A DNA stretch of 57,208 nt, counting the filler, from Trichosphaerium sp. ATCC 40318 (taxonomy: Eukaryota; Protista; Tubulinea): assembly GCA_038496445.1 (NCBI GenBank). It is 2 parts of 2 records of this genome, joined end to end, with 100 filler letters (N's around TTAATTAATTAA, not from the genome) between each part and the next. Parts side by side here need not be neighbours in the genome. Positions count along the whole stretch, not along the records: positions 1 to 25,648 come from JALMLS010000262.1; 1 more part is not named here. One strand, written 5' to 3'. Position 1 is the first letter of the stretch. Each line of letters starts with the position of its first letter. Positions 1 through 13,160 of this stretch are shown one piece after another. Position numbers and translations under genes: made by a program. The notes under the pieces are model-generated. The model was not told the origin of the DNA and made no database searches. It saw nothing but the letters and a program-made list of their open reading frames with translations.

Positions 1-995
1 TATAAATCCCACTAAATTCCTTTGTTTAGGGTTTTTTAAGGTAATTTGTGAAGAATTCTTATTTTTATTTTTTTTTATGGCAGGATTTTTGATAGAATTA
101 CCATAATATTTCCCTTAAATATGGAATTTTCAGAATTATTGTACAAAATCCAGCAAATAATGTTCTAATTTAGTTAGGGTTAGGGTTAGGGCTAGGGGTG
201 AGGTTTATGAAAGTACAAATTAAGTTAGGGTTAGGTTTAGTTTTATATTTGCAAAAAACCATTGACACCTTAGGTACATAGGTTTTTCTAGCGACAATAT
301 CCACATGCTATTATTAAAGGTGCAAAAAACAATGGTACAGGTTAAGTGCGTTAATCCAAAAAGTAACGGAGAACGCGTTTTAGGTGGTTTGAAAAATCAC
401 TTAAACATAACTATCTCTTACTTATCTGTTTTAGGATGATTAAAGCATTGCAACAGCTTATTACACCATTAAAGAATGTATTTAAAGCATTAACTCCAGT
501 ACGTTGTTTTAAAGCTATTTCCACTTAATTTATCAAAAAACCCTACGCGTTCTTAATTTAGCATTTACAACGCATTAATTATTGTTCAGGCTCTCAAAAC
601 AACAATGCGATCAAATTACTTCTTTCGTTTATGAAGACACGATGTATTTAACTTGTACGTGTTATTTAGGATGTTTGTATTTGTAATGATCATAAAATAA
701 AATGACTTTGCGTTAAATCTGAACCAAAGTATCGAATAATATTTTGTGGTAATTTATAAAGTATTTTTTATTGAAATCTACAAAAAATACATAAGAAATG
801 CTATAAAGAATACATAGAGAATTCTATATAAAATACATATGCAATTCCAAAAGTAATACTCTAAGAATTCTATGGGTAATACTTACGGAATTTCATATAA
901 ATTCAATGGGAATGAAGGAAGAGTTTTTCCGTCTACTTTTCCCATAGGAAAATAGGGTGGATTACTTAAAAATTCCCATTTCTATTTTACTACTG
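1..995. mobile_element. Right part of a non-autonomous TIR element (CAGTA-terminus family) carrying TTAGGG-like repeats; other end outside the window
   Basis: Ends ...TTCCCATTTCTATTTTACTACTG (rc CAGTAGTAAAATAGAAATGGGAA), similar to the TIR CAGTACTAAAATAAAATGGGAA of the 11293-12202 element. Ends exactly where the inverted-duplicate match starts (996), i.e. inside an exon of the duplicated gene. Internal TTAGGG tract at 171-240. Confidence 0.7.
171..240 (+). repeat. Degenerate interstitial telomere-like (TTAGGG)n tract
   Basis: TTAGGGTTAGGGTTAGGGCTAGGGGTGAGG...TTAGGGTTAGGTTTAG. Confidence 0.85.
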
Positions 996-2084
996 ATGGT
1001 AAGTGTGCCTAACTCAATTAGTATAGCCTGATATGGTAATACTTACTCTTATATCATTAATAAAGTTTTTGTCATCTTTAATTTTAACCTCTAATTCCTC
1101 TAATGTCTCACCAAAACATTTACATAATAAGGTCTCAAATACACTCCATGGCATCAATTTTGCAAAAAGACCTGTAGCACCTTTGTGATATTCACTATAA
1201 ATGAGTAAGTATATATATTGTAATGTATTAACTTACATAAACCCATATCTTTCACCATTACCATCCACTACAGCACCATATTGAATTATATATTCTTGTA
1301 GCTTTCTGAAAGTGTCATAATGATCTTCTTTTGCAATACAAAGCCAATCCTCTCCTAATAAAGATATTAAATCAAATATAATAAAAAATAAATAATATTA
1401 TGACAATGGATCGGTCCGATCCGTTTACGAAACAAACAAATATATATTACAGAACGGATCAGTTCGATCCGTTTACAAAACAAAAATTAATATATTTCGA
1501 TAATGGATCAGTCCAATCCGTTTACAAAACAAAATAAATATATTTTGATAATGGATCGGTCCGATCCATTTACGAAACAAAAATAAATATATTTCGATAA
1601 TGGATTGGTCCGATCATTTACGAAACAAACAAAAATATATTTCGATAACAGATCGGACCAATCCAACTATCAAAAATTATTTTTTTATTTATATATAAAA
1701 TATAAATATTTTCAAAATAATATTTTGGTGATGGATCGGTCCGATCCAAATATAAAACAAAATAAAATTTGTTTTACTAACGGATCGGTCCAATCTGTTG
1801 TCAAAATATAATATTATATGTTATATATAACATAAAAACTTAAGTCAGCAAAAGTAAACATTCAATGAATTCCATAAAATTTCTCAAAATCAAAAAACTC
1901 TTCAAATTGATTTCTTTTAGGCTTATTAGCCTTAATTAATTTTAAAAGCTTAATTTTAAAGGTTTTAAATTTATTTGAGTACCTATTTTATCTTTTAGCT
2001 CTTTAGCTGCCATTTTGTTCCCTGAGGCTTCTTGAGTGTGTGATGTCTTCAAGGCTAGCTGTATGTGCCTGCTGTGCTTCTCAT
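996..2084 (-). pseudogene. 5' fragment of the unknown multi-exon gene (copy of 17719-18812), cut at 995 by the TIR element
   Basis: Inverted copy of the first exons of the 17719-21899 gene. Confidence 0.7.
1406..1797. repeat. Array of 8 palindromes (GGATCGGWCCGATCC-like), mostly 48-49-bp period
   Basis: Copies at ~1406, 1454, 1503, 1551, 1600, 1648, 1731 and 1780; inverted copy of 18008-18402. Confidence 0.95.
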
Positions 2085-2306
2085 CAATTAATCAAAGTCA
2101 AAATAAGTTCGTCGTCCGCGATATTTTCATAACAGAGAAAACTATGTTATGAAGTTACTATGATTCGACTTGGGCATTTTTTTTGTTTTTTTTTGAATAT
2201 TGAACTTTTATTAAAAAAATAATGTATAAAAAATATAATGAATTGGAGAGAAAAACTTATATCATAGAAATTTGTTTGTTTAGTAATTAATTATAAACAT
2301 ACAAAA

Positions 2307-4940
2307 CTATATTATAAGGAAAAAAACTGATTTTTTCACAAATCCTAACTTTGTTCCTTGACTTTCCATGACTGTACCAATGCACATGCTTGTTACACAC
2401 TCATATACAAAGACATTCCACTTTTACCGAACAAAATACAAATACATTTTTTTTTAGATTCCAATTGTGGAAGACGCCAAGCTTTAAAAACTGTCCTTGC
2501 TGATGCCGATACCTTCCAAGTACCATCCTTTGATTTAACAGTGTTGTACCAAATCCATTTGGCATGAAGCACTTGTTTATCAAGGTAAGGCATCGAGGCA
2601 TCCAAACTTAATTTTTGTTTATGAGACAACAGGTGTGTTCCTTTTAAATACTCTAATAAAAAGATTAAACCAATGACGTGTAATAAAATCAACCATACTT
2701 AAAAACCACACCATTTTTTCTCTTCTATAAAATGCTGGTGTTGATACAGTTGTAGTTGTCGAGTTATCTTGTTCAATCTTCAAGGATCGGCACACCTCAT
2801 CAAATTTTCCATTGTATGAAAGCAATAGCCAAGGAATTTCTTTACTTCCTATATCTCTATTTTAAATGTTAATATACACCAAATGGTTGTTCATTACTCT
2901 ATTTTATCATGGTTTTTAGATGAGGCTTTTCAACTTCTAATGGTAGCGTGTTTTGACTCACAGGCATATGTACTAATAATAAAATCACTTTGAAATAAAA
3001 CACTTTTCCAACTACATACCTAAAGTGTTTAAACACTCCAAACTTTCTACACATGTACTCGTAATGGTAAAAGACATGAAAGTTTATTGTATTGATGTTT
3101 AAGTCTAAAAATAAGCATTAATTGAAACACAATGTTAAGACAAAGTACCAGGAAAACAAACAGTGATTTTATGCATAAGTCGCTTGTAGTGTTCTGTCAA
3201 CGATGCCACCTGTTCTTCATACAAGTAATCTTTTGTGTCAATACTATATAAAACAGTAATTCTTTCCTAGTACAGGTTTAAACAATAACATATTGTAGTA
3301 AATACACACCACATTGTCATCAAACGCTTAGGTAAGATGTTTCGAAAAACGAGAGTAGCCATCTGAAGAAAAGAGCGTGTATCAACTCCATCCCAACTGA
3401 CATCCACCATGCATCCTTTATCATTCCACACCGTTTCATTCTATGATTTTAATTTGTCAATTGTGAAGGATAAAAAGTCTTGTATCACTTACTTGCCAAG
3501 CTTTTGTTTTGACGTCTGATGTATTTGATTCTGTTTTGTATTTTCTTACGAAAAGGTTTTATTCCTTGTAATTGTTCCATAAATCTTAATGTTTCAATGA
3601 TTATTGTTTGTCCTATGTCCAATATGATGTTATGAAACGGACAATAAGGAGAGTCCAAAAAGAAATCAAAATTGCACTTTAAAAGTTTGCTAAAGGGCGA
3701 CTAAACAAACATTAGACAATAAAAAACCCAGTCCAAGCAATCACCTGTAAGTTAACGCTGTAACATGAAGTGATGTGTTTGTTGTAGGAATACTTGGCTA
3801 AGTCATCCAAGGTTTCTTGTGTGTTACGATAAGCAGCAATAAGTGCACTGGGATTAGTTGTATTTACTTAAAGAATCTTTCTCACACGGCATATTCTGCA
3901 TGGATGATAAGATGTGGTAGACATCATCGCTGTTTACAAGTGTCAATAGCAAAATATAATACATAAACTCACATATAAGTCGGTTTGATCCTGGACTATC
4001 ACCAAGTATCTTTGTCAACCTCAAATAAACTGTATAATACTGCACAATTTGTTAGTTCAAACTTTTGTACATTAACACCTAACCTTTTGTTCACTTTTAA
4101 TATAACACCGCATGCCGTTATAAACATTCAAAAAATCTTGTACTACGTGCTCCAACAAATCTTCTTCATGGTGACACTTTGGCAATACAGCAATCATCAT
4201 TTTGCCTGTGGTACCTGCGCTTTAGGCAAGTTCCATACAACAAGGTACAATGGACCAAAACTGTCTTTCTTGTCGTATGTAAAGTCATCTTTGCTTATGT
4301 ACGCTTGGTTTAACATGTGAGTATACAACATTTCAATATGCTACTGTAATCCCATACCTGGAAGCAAAATGGTGTTTTTTTTATCCGCTTGGTACTCTTC
4401 AAGTACATCATGAAAAACTCGCTTGATTTGGGTACCTGTTTCTGGACCTCGAAGCACATTTTTAACTGTTGTTAAACTGTCATCTCTTACAATGGATACA
4501 GTAGAAGGTGTAAACGACACACATTCTGCTATGCTATCTCTTTTATGTAGGTCATAAAGAGTTCTTTTAATGTGTTCAGAAGGTGCAAAGAAAGGTATAG
4601 AGATCTTGGATATAATGGCGTTTGTTTTCTTATTCCTCTTTGAAACTGTAATCTTCTTGGTTTGAAGCTAAGCAAAAACTAAACTGGTCAACTTTTTGTG
4701 CAATGAACTAAAATTGTTGTTTGTACCTTATTCTTTATCACGCCAAACAATTTGCCAATGGAGCAGCTTATTAAATCTAAACGGATTGTATTAACAAACA
4801 GTACAACAGTAATGGTAGCGTGCTTTTTTTAGGCATGCCAAAAGAGGGCAGTACTGCGTTAAACAATGTCCGAATCTTTTCAACAATATTTTGATAACTT
4901 TTTCCATTTTCAAAGCAAATAAAAGATAGCCAAACATTTC
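2307..4940 (-). pseudogene. 5'-truncated copy of the CACTA/EnSpm-like transposase gene
   Basis: Inverted duplicate of 14854-17495; lacks the C2H2/acidic N-terminus. Confidence 0.75.
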
Positions 4941-7900
4941 AAGTTAACGGATATCTTGGGGTAGCTGTGAATCATTGGAGTGAAAGTGATTGTAGATCTC
5001 CTTTGTCTTTGTATGTGTTCTTGTTGATTGGAATCTGTTTGACATTACCTTTTGGGTCCACAATTGATGCTGTCAATAATGAAGTGTTGTGAACGCCATC
5101 GAAAGCCACTTCAAGAGTTGTAGGTATGTTAACATACAAGAAAAGAAACTTTCAATCCTAAATAAAAAACTCAGAATGCAACTATAATAAAATTACAAGA
5201 GCTGAGCGTACTGAGTGGTTTATCATCCTCAGACTTTGTCATCATTGTAAAACTATGTCATCTTGTAGTTGCCATTGTCTTCTGGTGAGAAAGTGACATC
5301 ACAAGAGCCATTAACAAGTTTGTCTGGCTCTACAGTTGTTTTTGCTTCATCAGGGTTTATAGTGGTGACATACAATTTAGAATCAGTGTCAACGTCATGA
5401 CAACTTGATTCATTCAATGATATTTTGACATGAGCGTCATCACCGACAAAACATTATCTGGTGTAATATCAAGTGAAGTGACAGCTTCTAATTATATTGT
5501 AAGAAAACAAACAAAGAGTATGAAAGCACATATGTACCTTTCTTTGCTTCAATGCTGAATGATTGTTCAAAAACTGGATCATTGTATTTCAAAAGTCGCT
5601 AGGCATTCCACAAATACTGTTGGTGTTACGACAAGAGATACCTCCAATCCTTTGGAATGTTAGAGAACTTGTAAAGGTCTTGGAGGTACGCAGCAAGTTT
5701 AAGCAGTCACTACCATAAAAGAAAGGTGAGTTTTCTGTAAAAATTCAATAACAAGTTCAATCTAGTGTTAAAACAGACACCAGTTGTATTTGTAGTCTGA
5801 GCACATCGTGTTTGTAATTGGGTATTTGGTAACAATATTATCATTGGCTCTTGTTAGTACTGAGACAGGTGTTTTAGTTGAAACTTTTGTATGGCTAAGA
5901 GGTGTTTTATAGTTACAACTGAGGTTTGGGTTTCCAAGAAAAGAAAATGAGTAAACGTGTAATTGGATTGGCTGGCACATAAAAAACTTTGAGCTTACTG
6001 GCGCCTGTCACAGCAAATGCATCGGAGGTTTTAATGAATAGAAGCTGTTTCCATCAATTAAAGTGGTTGATATGATCTGTTGAAGGTGAGGATAACATCA
6101 GCATCTAAAGAAAGTTTGTCAACTCAGAAAAGAAAAAAAACAAGTTGAGTAGCTCCAAGACTCAATAATACCCTAGACGGTGGATGCCTTTGATTAGCAA
6201 GGTAAACTGCTCTTCAGTTCTGACGCTACATTGTTTTCTTCTATTCTAGCAGCTCTTAGAGCTTGGATGATATCCTACGATACAAGTGTGAGTACGCCAT
6301 TGCGTGAAGTATCAGGCGTACTTGTGTTACATCATGAGGTGGTGTTGGAGGCATTTGGTTTTGAGGTGTTTTTTGTTATTGTTGTGGTCGTGATTATCGC
6401 TGATTGTGGCGTATTTGGAAAGTTTTTTGATTGTGGCGGGATGGAAAATGTGTTGATTGCGGCGTGCTTTGAAAGGCTGCAGTTTGTACATCTGGTGTAT
6501 GTGGAGAACTGAATTGTGGTGTTCCTGCAGCAGAAAATTAGGATAAAAAGTACAGATTAAAGCTTTAGTACCTTTACATTGCTCTATGTTTGCTCTGTGT
6601 GTACTTGCCAGTACCCCTTGGTCAAGCGATCTATTGGGTTGTGGTGGAGGATTAAACCTTAGAGCAGAGCCACTTCGGGTGAGCAAGAAACACTGGTTTA
6701 GGTCCTAGATAAAAATTAATTAAATAAAAAGGCTCAGCATAGTAATCATTATCATCTGTTACAGGTTTGCTAACCAATTGGCTGTAGCGCCATATTGAGA
6801 GAAAATCTAATGCCATTGGAGCGCTTTACCTTGAAAAGTCCATGTGGGACAACCACCTCTTATCCTGCCGATCGTGTTGTTGCGTATCCCTGTATGTGAG
6901 CGGTTTTGAGTTCAGGACTGACCCTTTTTCGTTGAATGTGTTTGGGTTTTTTTTGAATATATGAAAATTGTGTTTACCTTGCTGAACCATCACCTCCTTG
7001 TATAGGCCGTTTTGAATGTGGCTGGCGATGGCGCCTTTGACATCATTGATGAACTCATTGTGTCTTTGACAGTCGCCGCAAGAGTGTGTTAGTGCGAACG
7101 CTGTTGAGTTTTAAATAATTCAAAAAAAATACAGAGAAAAACGAGTTTGTTATTTTTAGAGACAGAGGTGGTTTTGAGTTCTAATGCAACTGACGTACTC
7201 TACACTTTCTAACAATGACAACAGATTGGTGAAGAACAATTGCTTGGTGATGTTGTCTGCTACTGATGCTGTGGTTTCCATCCTTGGCAGATACTTCTCA
7301 CATCTTGTTTTTAATGGCTTTCCGAGTTAGCATGGACATCCTCGCTGCAGTGATTGAACGCATCTTGGACAGGTCGCTACTGGCGACTACCTTCAGCTGA
7401 ATCATCACTCCTATGTGCATACTTAGAAAAAAGTAACCTCAAAAGAAACACGTACCACAACCATGTGCTCTGTAGCGCCTAATAACAGATTAATTTTGAT
7501 TTTACTGTACTTACGTGATAGCGGCTGCCACCAAAGTGTAGTTCAAAATGTCATACCTGCTAGACTCTCGTTATACTTTGATTCGCCTTCTCTACCCCAT
7601 GTGTACTATGTTAAAGCAGTGGTCTAATAAACGCTATACATGGCATAAACTAACTTCTGATAAAGCCATTTCAAACAAAAAAATTGTAATGAAGAAGCTT
7701 TCTCGTACCAATCCTCAAATACATCTCTGGTTACATGAGGCTCAAAATCCCATACTGCACCAGTTTTGCCATATACCTTTGCTTTTTGTGACACGTGATT
7801 AATAAACAAAGGTCACGTGTAAAATAGTAAAAGGCATCTTTCACCTACCAACACGTTCTGCAAACGTATTTGCAAAACCACCGATAACTAAAGCAGTGTA

Positions 7901-8654
7901 AATTTAATTGACAGGATACTTAGTGATATGTACCTTTTGTATTGCCTGCATCGCTGTGACCTAACCCACCAGAAACCATAATACTCTCATTCGCTGAAAT
8001 AGCAGCCGCAATGCCTATGACGCTATTTTCACATATAAGTACCTGAACTCTTTTCACTTGTTAATCTCGTAAAGAATCATGTTCCAATACCTTTGTACTA
8101 TACAAGCCATCATCTGCAAGGTAATATGCAGTAGACCTGACCCAATCATAAATGACGCTGTTAGAGTCGGTTTTACAATACGATCATTCGCTGTCCAAAT
8201 AGTGATCCCTTAGTACTCCCTGACGCGCAAATAACGTATAGAACGCTGTTTAATCTAGCTTCACGAATGTTCACATACCACACAAGTAAAAGGCACGCTA
8301 GGTATGTGCGCAGTTTATACGTGATATTGGTCTTTAGTGGTTGGGGTTAATAATAACTTAAAGCGTTGGTGGCGTGCCTTTGCGGTTGTACAATTGACCG
8401 ACTTATTCTGTCATCAGTACGCAATACTGCCAACATTAATTTGTTAAAGCGGATAAATTCTAACAACCAATAACGTATGCATATTTGCTTTCATCAAGTA
8501 GCGTGTACAGTGACTGTAAATGTACCAAAGACGTGTTTGTGCTAATAAAAATTTTAGTAAAGATTTTTTTTGATTTTGAACGGTTTGCAGGCGTTTTTTT
8601 TATAGGACGACGTTTGAATTTGAATTTTGCTTTGAACTTGCGTGAGGTAACCAT
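4941..8654 (-). pseudogene. Large multi-exon gene of unknown function, with frameshifts and stops
   Basis: Minus-strand exon-like segments with GT..AG boundaries: basic N-terminus MVTSRKFKAKFKFKRR, Pro/Gln/Thr-rich part at ~6330-6690, acidic part at ~5220-5540. Coding-like sequence runs to the duplication junction. No family recognised. Confidence 0.45.
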
Positions 8655-11292
8655 ACCAACACATCTAGAGTATGTACGTTATTGCCGCCAAATATTTGTT
8701 TTTTTTTATCTGTTTGATCTTGGTGCTGTAAGATCATTTATAGCCAATATAAACGTGTAACTGTATTAGCGTTACATGTCTTCTAATCAGCATTAGTAGT
8801 CTCAAGGCCATATAGTCGCACGGACCACATAGTTAGTAAAGACATTGGATTACACGTACGTTTTGCGTTTTTATTTTTATGTTTGATTCTTGACAAAGTG
8901 TCAACAATTCTGTCTATTTTTGAAAAGGAATATTACAGCACTGTAATATCCACGCGTAGAGACAGCATTTGCGCCCATCTAGACTAAAAAACTATGTTTT
9001 TCCAATTTTTTTTTTTCATTGTGGGCGCAATCAGTTTTGAACGTTGTTGTTGATGCTCCAGGACAATATCTTCCAAGCGCTTAAAACAACTTTTTCTGGA
9101 TTTTTTTTTCTCTAACACGCTGCTGACGCTGCAAAAACTGCAGAATCGGCACTGTCTATGTGTGTCAGAACGATAGCATTGCTTTTTGCTACCCTTACAT
9201 GCTGTGGCTACTTTGCAGTTATTGCCACCAACATTTTTTATTTTAACCCACGTGTTTTTTAGGTTAAGGCAATACTTAACTAATACAACGTAATGGAGCC
9301 TAAAGTGACCAATAAAAGGTATGTAATTGTGCACTTTTTTATTTTGCTCAACAACAATACAGAAAACGATCAAACTCTGACACGTCTGACACACGTGTTC
9401 AAAAGAGAGTAGTGAAAATGAAAGTGACTTGTCATGTAAATGACGTTGACAACAACGTGCATGTACGTATTGATCTTTTTGCAGTCAAACTAACGTGGTA
9501 TTACAGAAAGTGGCTTCAAATGCGATCACACGGAAAAAGGCTGTAACTAAGATTCAAAAGGCCTACACAGACCTTGAAGCCATCTTAGAAGCTGCAATCA
9601 CCAGCGAGGGCATGGAAGCAGTCACAGAGTCATGGACTGAACACATTACAATTAAATTAAAAACTTTGTCTCAAAAACACACTGAATGGATCACAAAGAA
9701 ACTTTTATCACCTAACGTAAAAATGCCAACAATCAGAATGTTGCGGAATATTAATGAGGTAACTTGTCATACTTTGTGTTGTGATCTCATTGCTTCATCA
9801 AGGCAAGGCTAAAAGCAAAACAGCACAATATATCTTGTGCTTCTATTGTGCGTATGGCATTCAAACTTCAAAAAAGAAGGCTGGGTATGTGGAGTTTAAA
9901 TGTATTACATTAATCGTTTTATAGAATCAAAAAAACAACCAAAAGAAATGCCACATGGGTACTTAAAACAGTTTTTCTCAAAACCTGATTTAGATTTGGC
10001 TGTTGAATACCTGACAGGCAATGTGCTACCCTCAGGGTATTCAAATCCGGGTAAATAACTCTGGTTTTTATGGTCTTTTTAATATTTGTCAAGGAAAACT
10101 GATTAAATGTCAACCTGATGTCAACCCAAGAATGGTCTTAACTACTACAACAAGTAAATTTATTTTGTTGGACATTCCATGGCACAAGTCTGTTTACAAC
10201 ATACAACTATCAAAATATTCTTTATCTGAAGCTATTTTGGAGGCATGTAAACAATTTGCTCTCACTGTGGATAAAAAACTTAAATACAATGCACGTATCA
10301 ACCATTTTTGTTTTTGTTTTTGATAGTATTAGTTTTGGTCAAAGCCGGGTGATTTGTGGGAAGCCAATATTATGAGAAACTACAAAAGTCAAATGTACGG
10401 CATTGTTGTTTCAGTAACTCCTTTTTCTGGTAAGTGAAAATTGGTGTAATATTTTTTTTGTCATTAATTAGTACATTAGAGAAGTTACGTGGTAATTCTG
10501 AGATTAAATGGCTGATTAAATTGGATGATAAGAGGAAAAAGCTGTTAGACCCTATTTTTAAAGCCCACTATGAAATGATGGACACAGCCAGAAAATTTAA
10601 TACTGCTGAAAAGAACATTCTTATTGAACTCAAAGTACTGCCATTAATCCAATATTTTTATCACTAACAATGATATAGGAATGGTCTCAAGGAGAATCTC
10701 ATTTACGAATGCACAATGATGGGGATGGAGGACAACTTCATAACGTTTGCGGAATCTCTTGTTTTGGCTTTATGTTATTAACACGTAAAACTGCTAACAC
10801 TGCTTCCAAAACAATTATAATCAAGACAGGCATGTTACATCAATAGAAAACAACAATAACAGCTTAGTAACATACACATAGATAGTGGCAACGTTCAAAT
10901 TAGAGGCACAAATTTTTTGTGGGCTTTAAACAATGCTAACCAAGAATCTGAAATTGATGTGAGAAACGGAGATGACTTTGGTCCTGGAGTAGTAAGACAC
11001 TCGGTTTCAGTTACAGTGCCCAAAGGCGTTAGATATTTTTCATTGATTGTAAGACATTTTATGGACATTGACGTAAATACATGTGATCATCTAGCAATCA
11101 AAAAACAGCTCAAGCTATCAAGTTACGCTGATACAGTTTATCATCACCATAACAACCCACTACTACATTATTTAAGTGTAGACCCAAGAAATCCAAGGTG
11201 CTCAGCAAACTTACATTTACTGCACTCGTCTTTGTTCAAGTTACCAAAACCAGGAAATGGACGAACAAAAATTCAACCTGGCACCAAAGTAA

Positions 11293-12202
11293 CAGTACTA
11301 AAATAAAATGGGAAAAAATAAAGGTAATCCCTCAAATTGCCCAAAAAATGAGATATTTTGGGGATTCTCCAATAAATTACACTTTGTAAAATGGTAATTT
11401 TACAAAAAATCCCTTTTAAAGTGGAATTTTGTAAAAAATCCCTGTCGTAGAAGTGTAAATTTACAAAAAATCTCTTTTGTTGTGTAGTTTTATGAAAAAT
11501 CTCTATCACAAAAGTGTAATTTTAGAAAAAATCTCAATTAACTACAATTTTATGAAAAATCCCTGATTTTCAAACATGCAGTTTGTAAAAAAAGTATGCG
11601 TCCAAGTTGTTATGACAAACTTAACATTTTAAGGTCCGTTCCATACTATTTAACAATAATCCCTTTATAAACCCATATACACAATTAATACAATACTAAC
11701 CATTTTTATTACAGCGCTTTAACAATACACCAAAATATCATTAAACTTTCAAGTACGCAGTTAAATGTATGCGCATTTATGATAACATGGTTATATTAGG
11801 TGCTACTAATTTTTGTTACAGAATTAACTTACAGTATACGATTCAACAGCGAGACGACTTGTAATTTTCCCCTAACCCTAACCCCTAAACCCTAACCCTA
11901 TGCCCTAACCCTAATATTTGTATCTACTATGTAAAACTTTAATAAATATTGTGTTTTAGTGTACGACTTTTAATGCAATTCACCAAGGATTTTTGAGAAA
12001 ATTACACCAGGGATTTTTAAGAGATTTACACCAGGGATTTTTGAGGAAATTACACTAGGGATTTTTAAAAGAATTACTCTAGGGATTTTTAAGGAAATTT
12101 CCTTGTCTATTTAGAATGAAATACCCCGGGATTGGTGGTCTAAAATTCCCTTGATTTTTTGTAGGGATTCCCTATATTTTTCCTCTTTTTATTTTAGTAC
12201 TG
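11293..12202. mobile_element. 910-bp MITE, 16-bp perfect TIR CAGTACTAAAATAAAA, 3-bp TSD TAA, CACTA/CMC-like subterminal repeats
   Basis: TIRs at both ends; TAA at 11290-11292 and 12203-12205; AAAAATCCC repeats at the left end and AGGGATTTTT repeats at the right; excision restores the host frame GTKV/IYNTAG. Confidence 0.92.
11871..11913 (-). repeat. Degenerate (CCCTAA)n telomere-like tract inside the MITE
   Basis: CCTAACCCTAACCCCTAAACCCTAACCCTATGCCCTAACCCTA. Confidence 0.85.
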
Positions 12203-13160
12203 TAATCTACAACACTGCCGGGTATCTAACCTCATTTTTTGTGTTAACATAACATTTTGTAGTTTACAAGAAATGGGATTAATATCAGAAAAAAGACATA
12301 CTTTTCAAGGCCACAAAGAACTGGGATTAAAAGTGGTAACTAAAAAAGAAACCTTTGGAAAAGAGTGCGTACCAACTTGTAGATGATTTATTCAAATTCA
12401 ATTTAAGGTTTGTTTATGGCGACTGGGCTTTAGTGTATTCAACAGCGACTGAGATTTCACAAAAAAATCTCAAAGCCTTGATAAAAAAATCGTTAACATT
12501 ACAACATAGTCACGATGATGAGGACAAAGGTTGCACATTTTTCATCACTCCGTGCAATGTTGTGGGTCAATCCAATACAAACAACTACGACTCACTCAAT
12601 TGTACTTCACACATAGTATTTCTATCGTTTATCAATACATTCTAGGTAGTAGACAGCTTGGCATTGTAACAAGATGGTATGTGCACGGATTGGTCTTTTA
12701 TGGCAGACAACCATTGGTGGTGTTTAGGCAAAACAAGCGGCGTGTGAAAAAAATAACAAATCTAACAAGCAAGTTTGTTCTTGATTGCGCATGTTGTAAC
12801 CCACGTCCTCAATTCTTGGATATTTTCACTGACAAAAGTGTTAAACATGAAATGTCTGATAAAGAGATAGTTGAAATAGAAACCTTGCATTGGCAAAACG
12901 TAGCTGACAGCATTCACGGTACATTCACAGTTTGATATTTTTTTTACATAACTTTATTCTATACAGCGTCTCCTATCCTTGAAAGATTCTTTAATGTCAC
13001 AGATGATGTCAAAGACAAGTAAATAGTAAAAGTATTTGTACGATTTACTGTTGACAATGTAAACTCTTACTAGTTTTTTAGGAACAAATTGTATTTGCTC
13101 AATAAATAAACTTAGCAAAATTGACTTGAATTGAAAACCAAATTTAGATCACTTTATTAA

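Larger units (their letters stand above)
996..4940 (-). repeat. Left arm of a ~3.95-kb near-identical inverted duplication (partner 14854-18812)
   Basis: Reverse complement matches 14854-18812 almost base for base; mirrored ORFs, e.g. 2619-2825(-) = 16976-17182(+). Confidence 0.97.
9418..13022 (+). pseudogene. Multi-exon AlkB-like 2OG-Fe(II) dioxygenase with putative C-terminal SRA-like domain, interrupted by a MITE
   Basis: Spliced translation: LIELKEWSQGESHLRM-HND-GDGGQLHNVCGISCFG...FLWALNNANQ...VR-H-SV...RYFSLIV-R (HxD at 10712-10720, distal His at 10998, Arg at 11031/11052). After removing the MITE: IQPGTKVIYNTAGLQEMGLI...QGHKELGLKVV...YQLVDD...GDWALVYS...NLKALIKKS. One frameshift in an A-run at ~12345; start codon uncertain. 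Confidence 0.62.

Noticed and set aside
171-240. True chromosome end
   Set aside because: The tract is short, degenerate, internal and inside a TIR element; a similar tract occurs in the 11293-12202 MITE.
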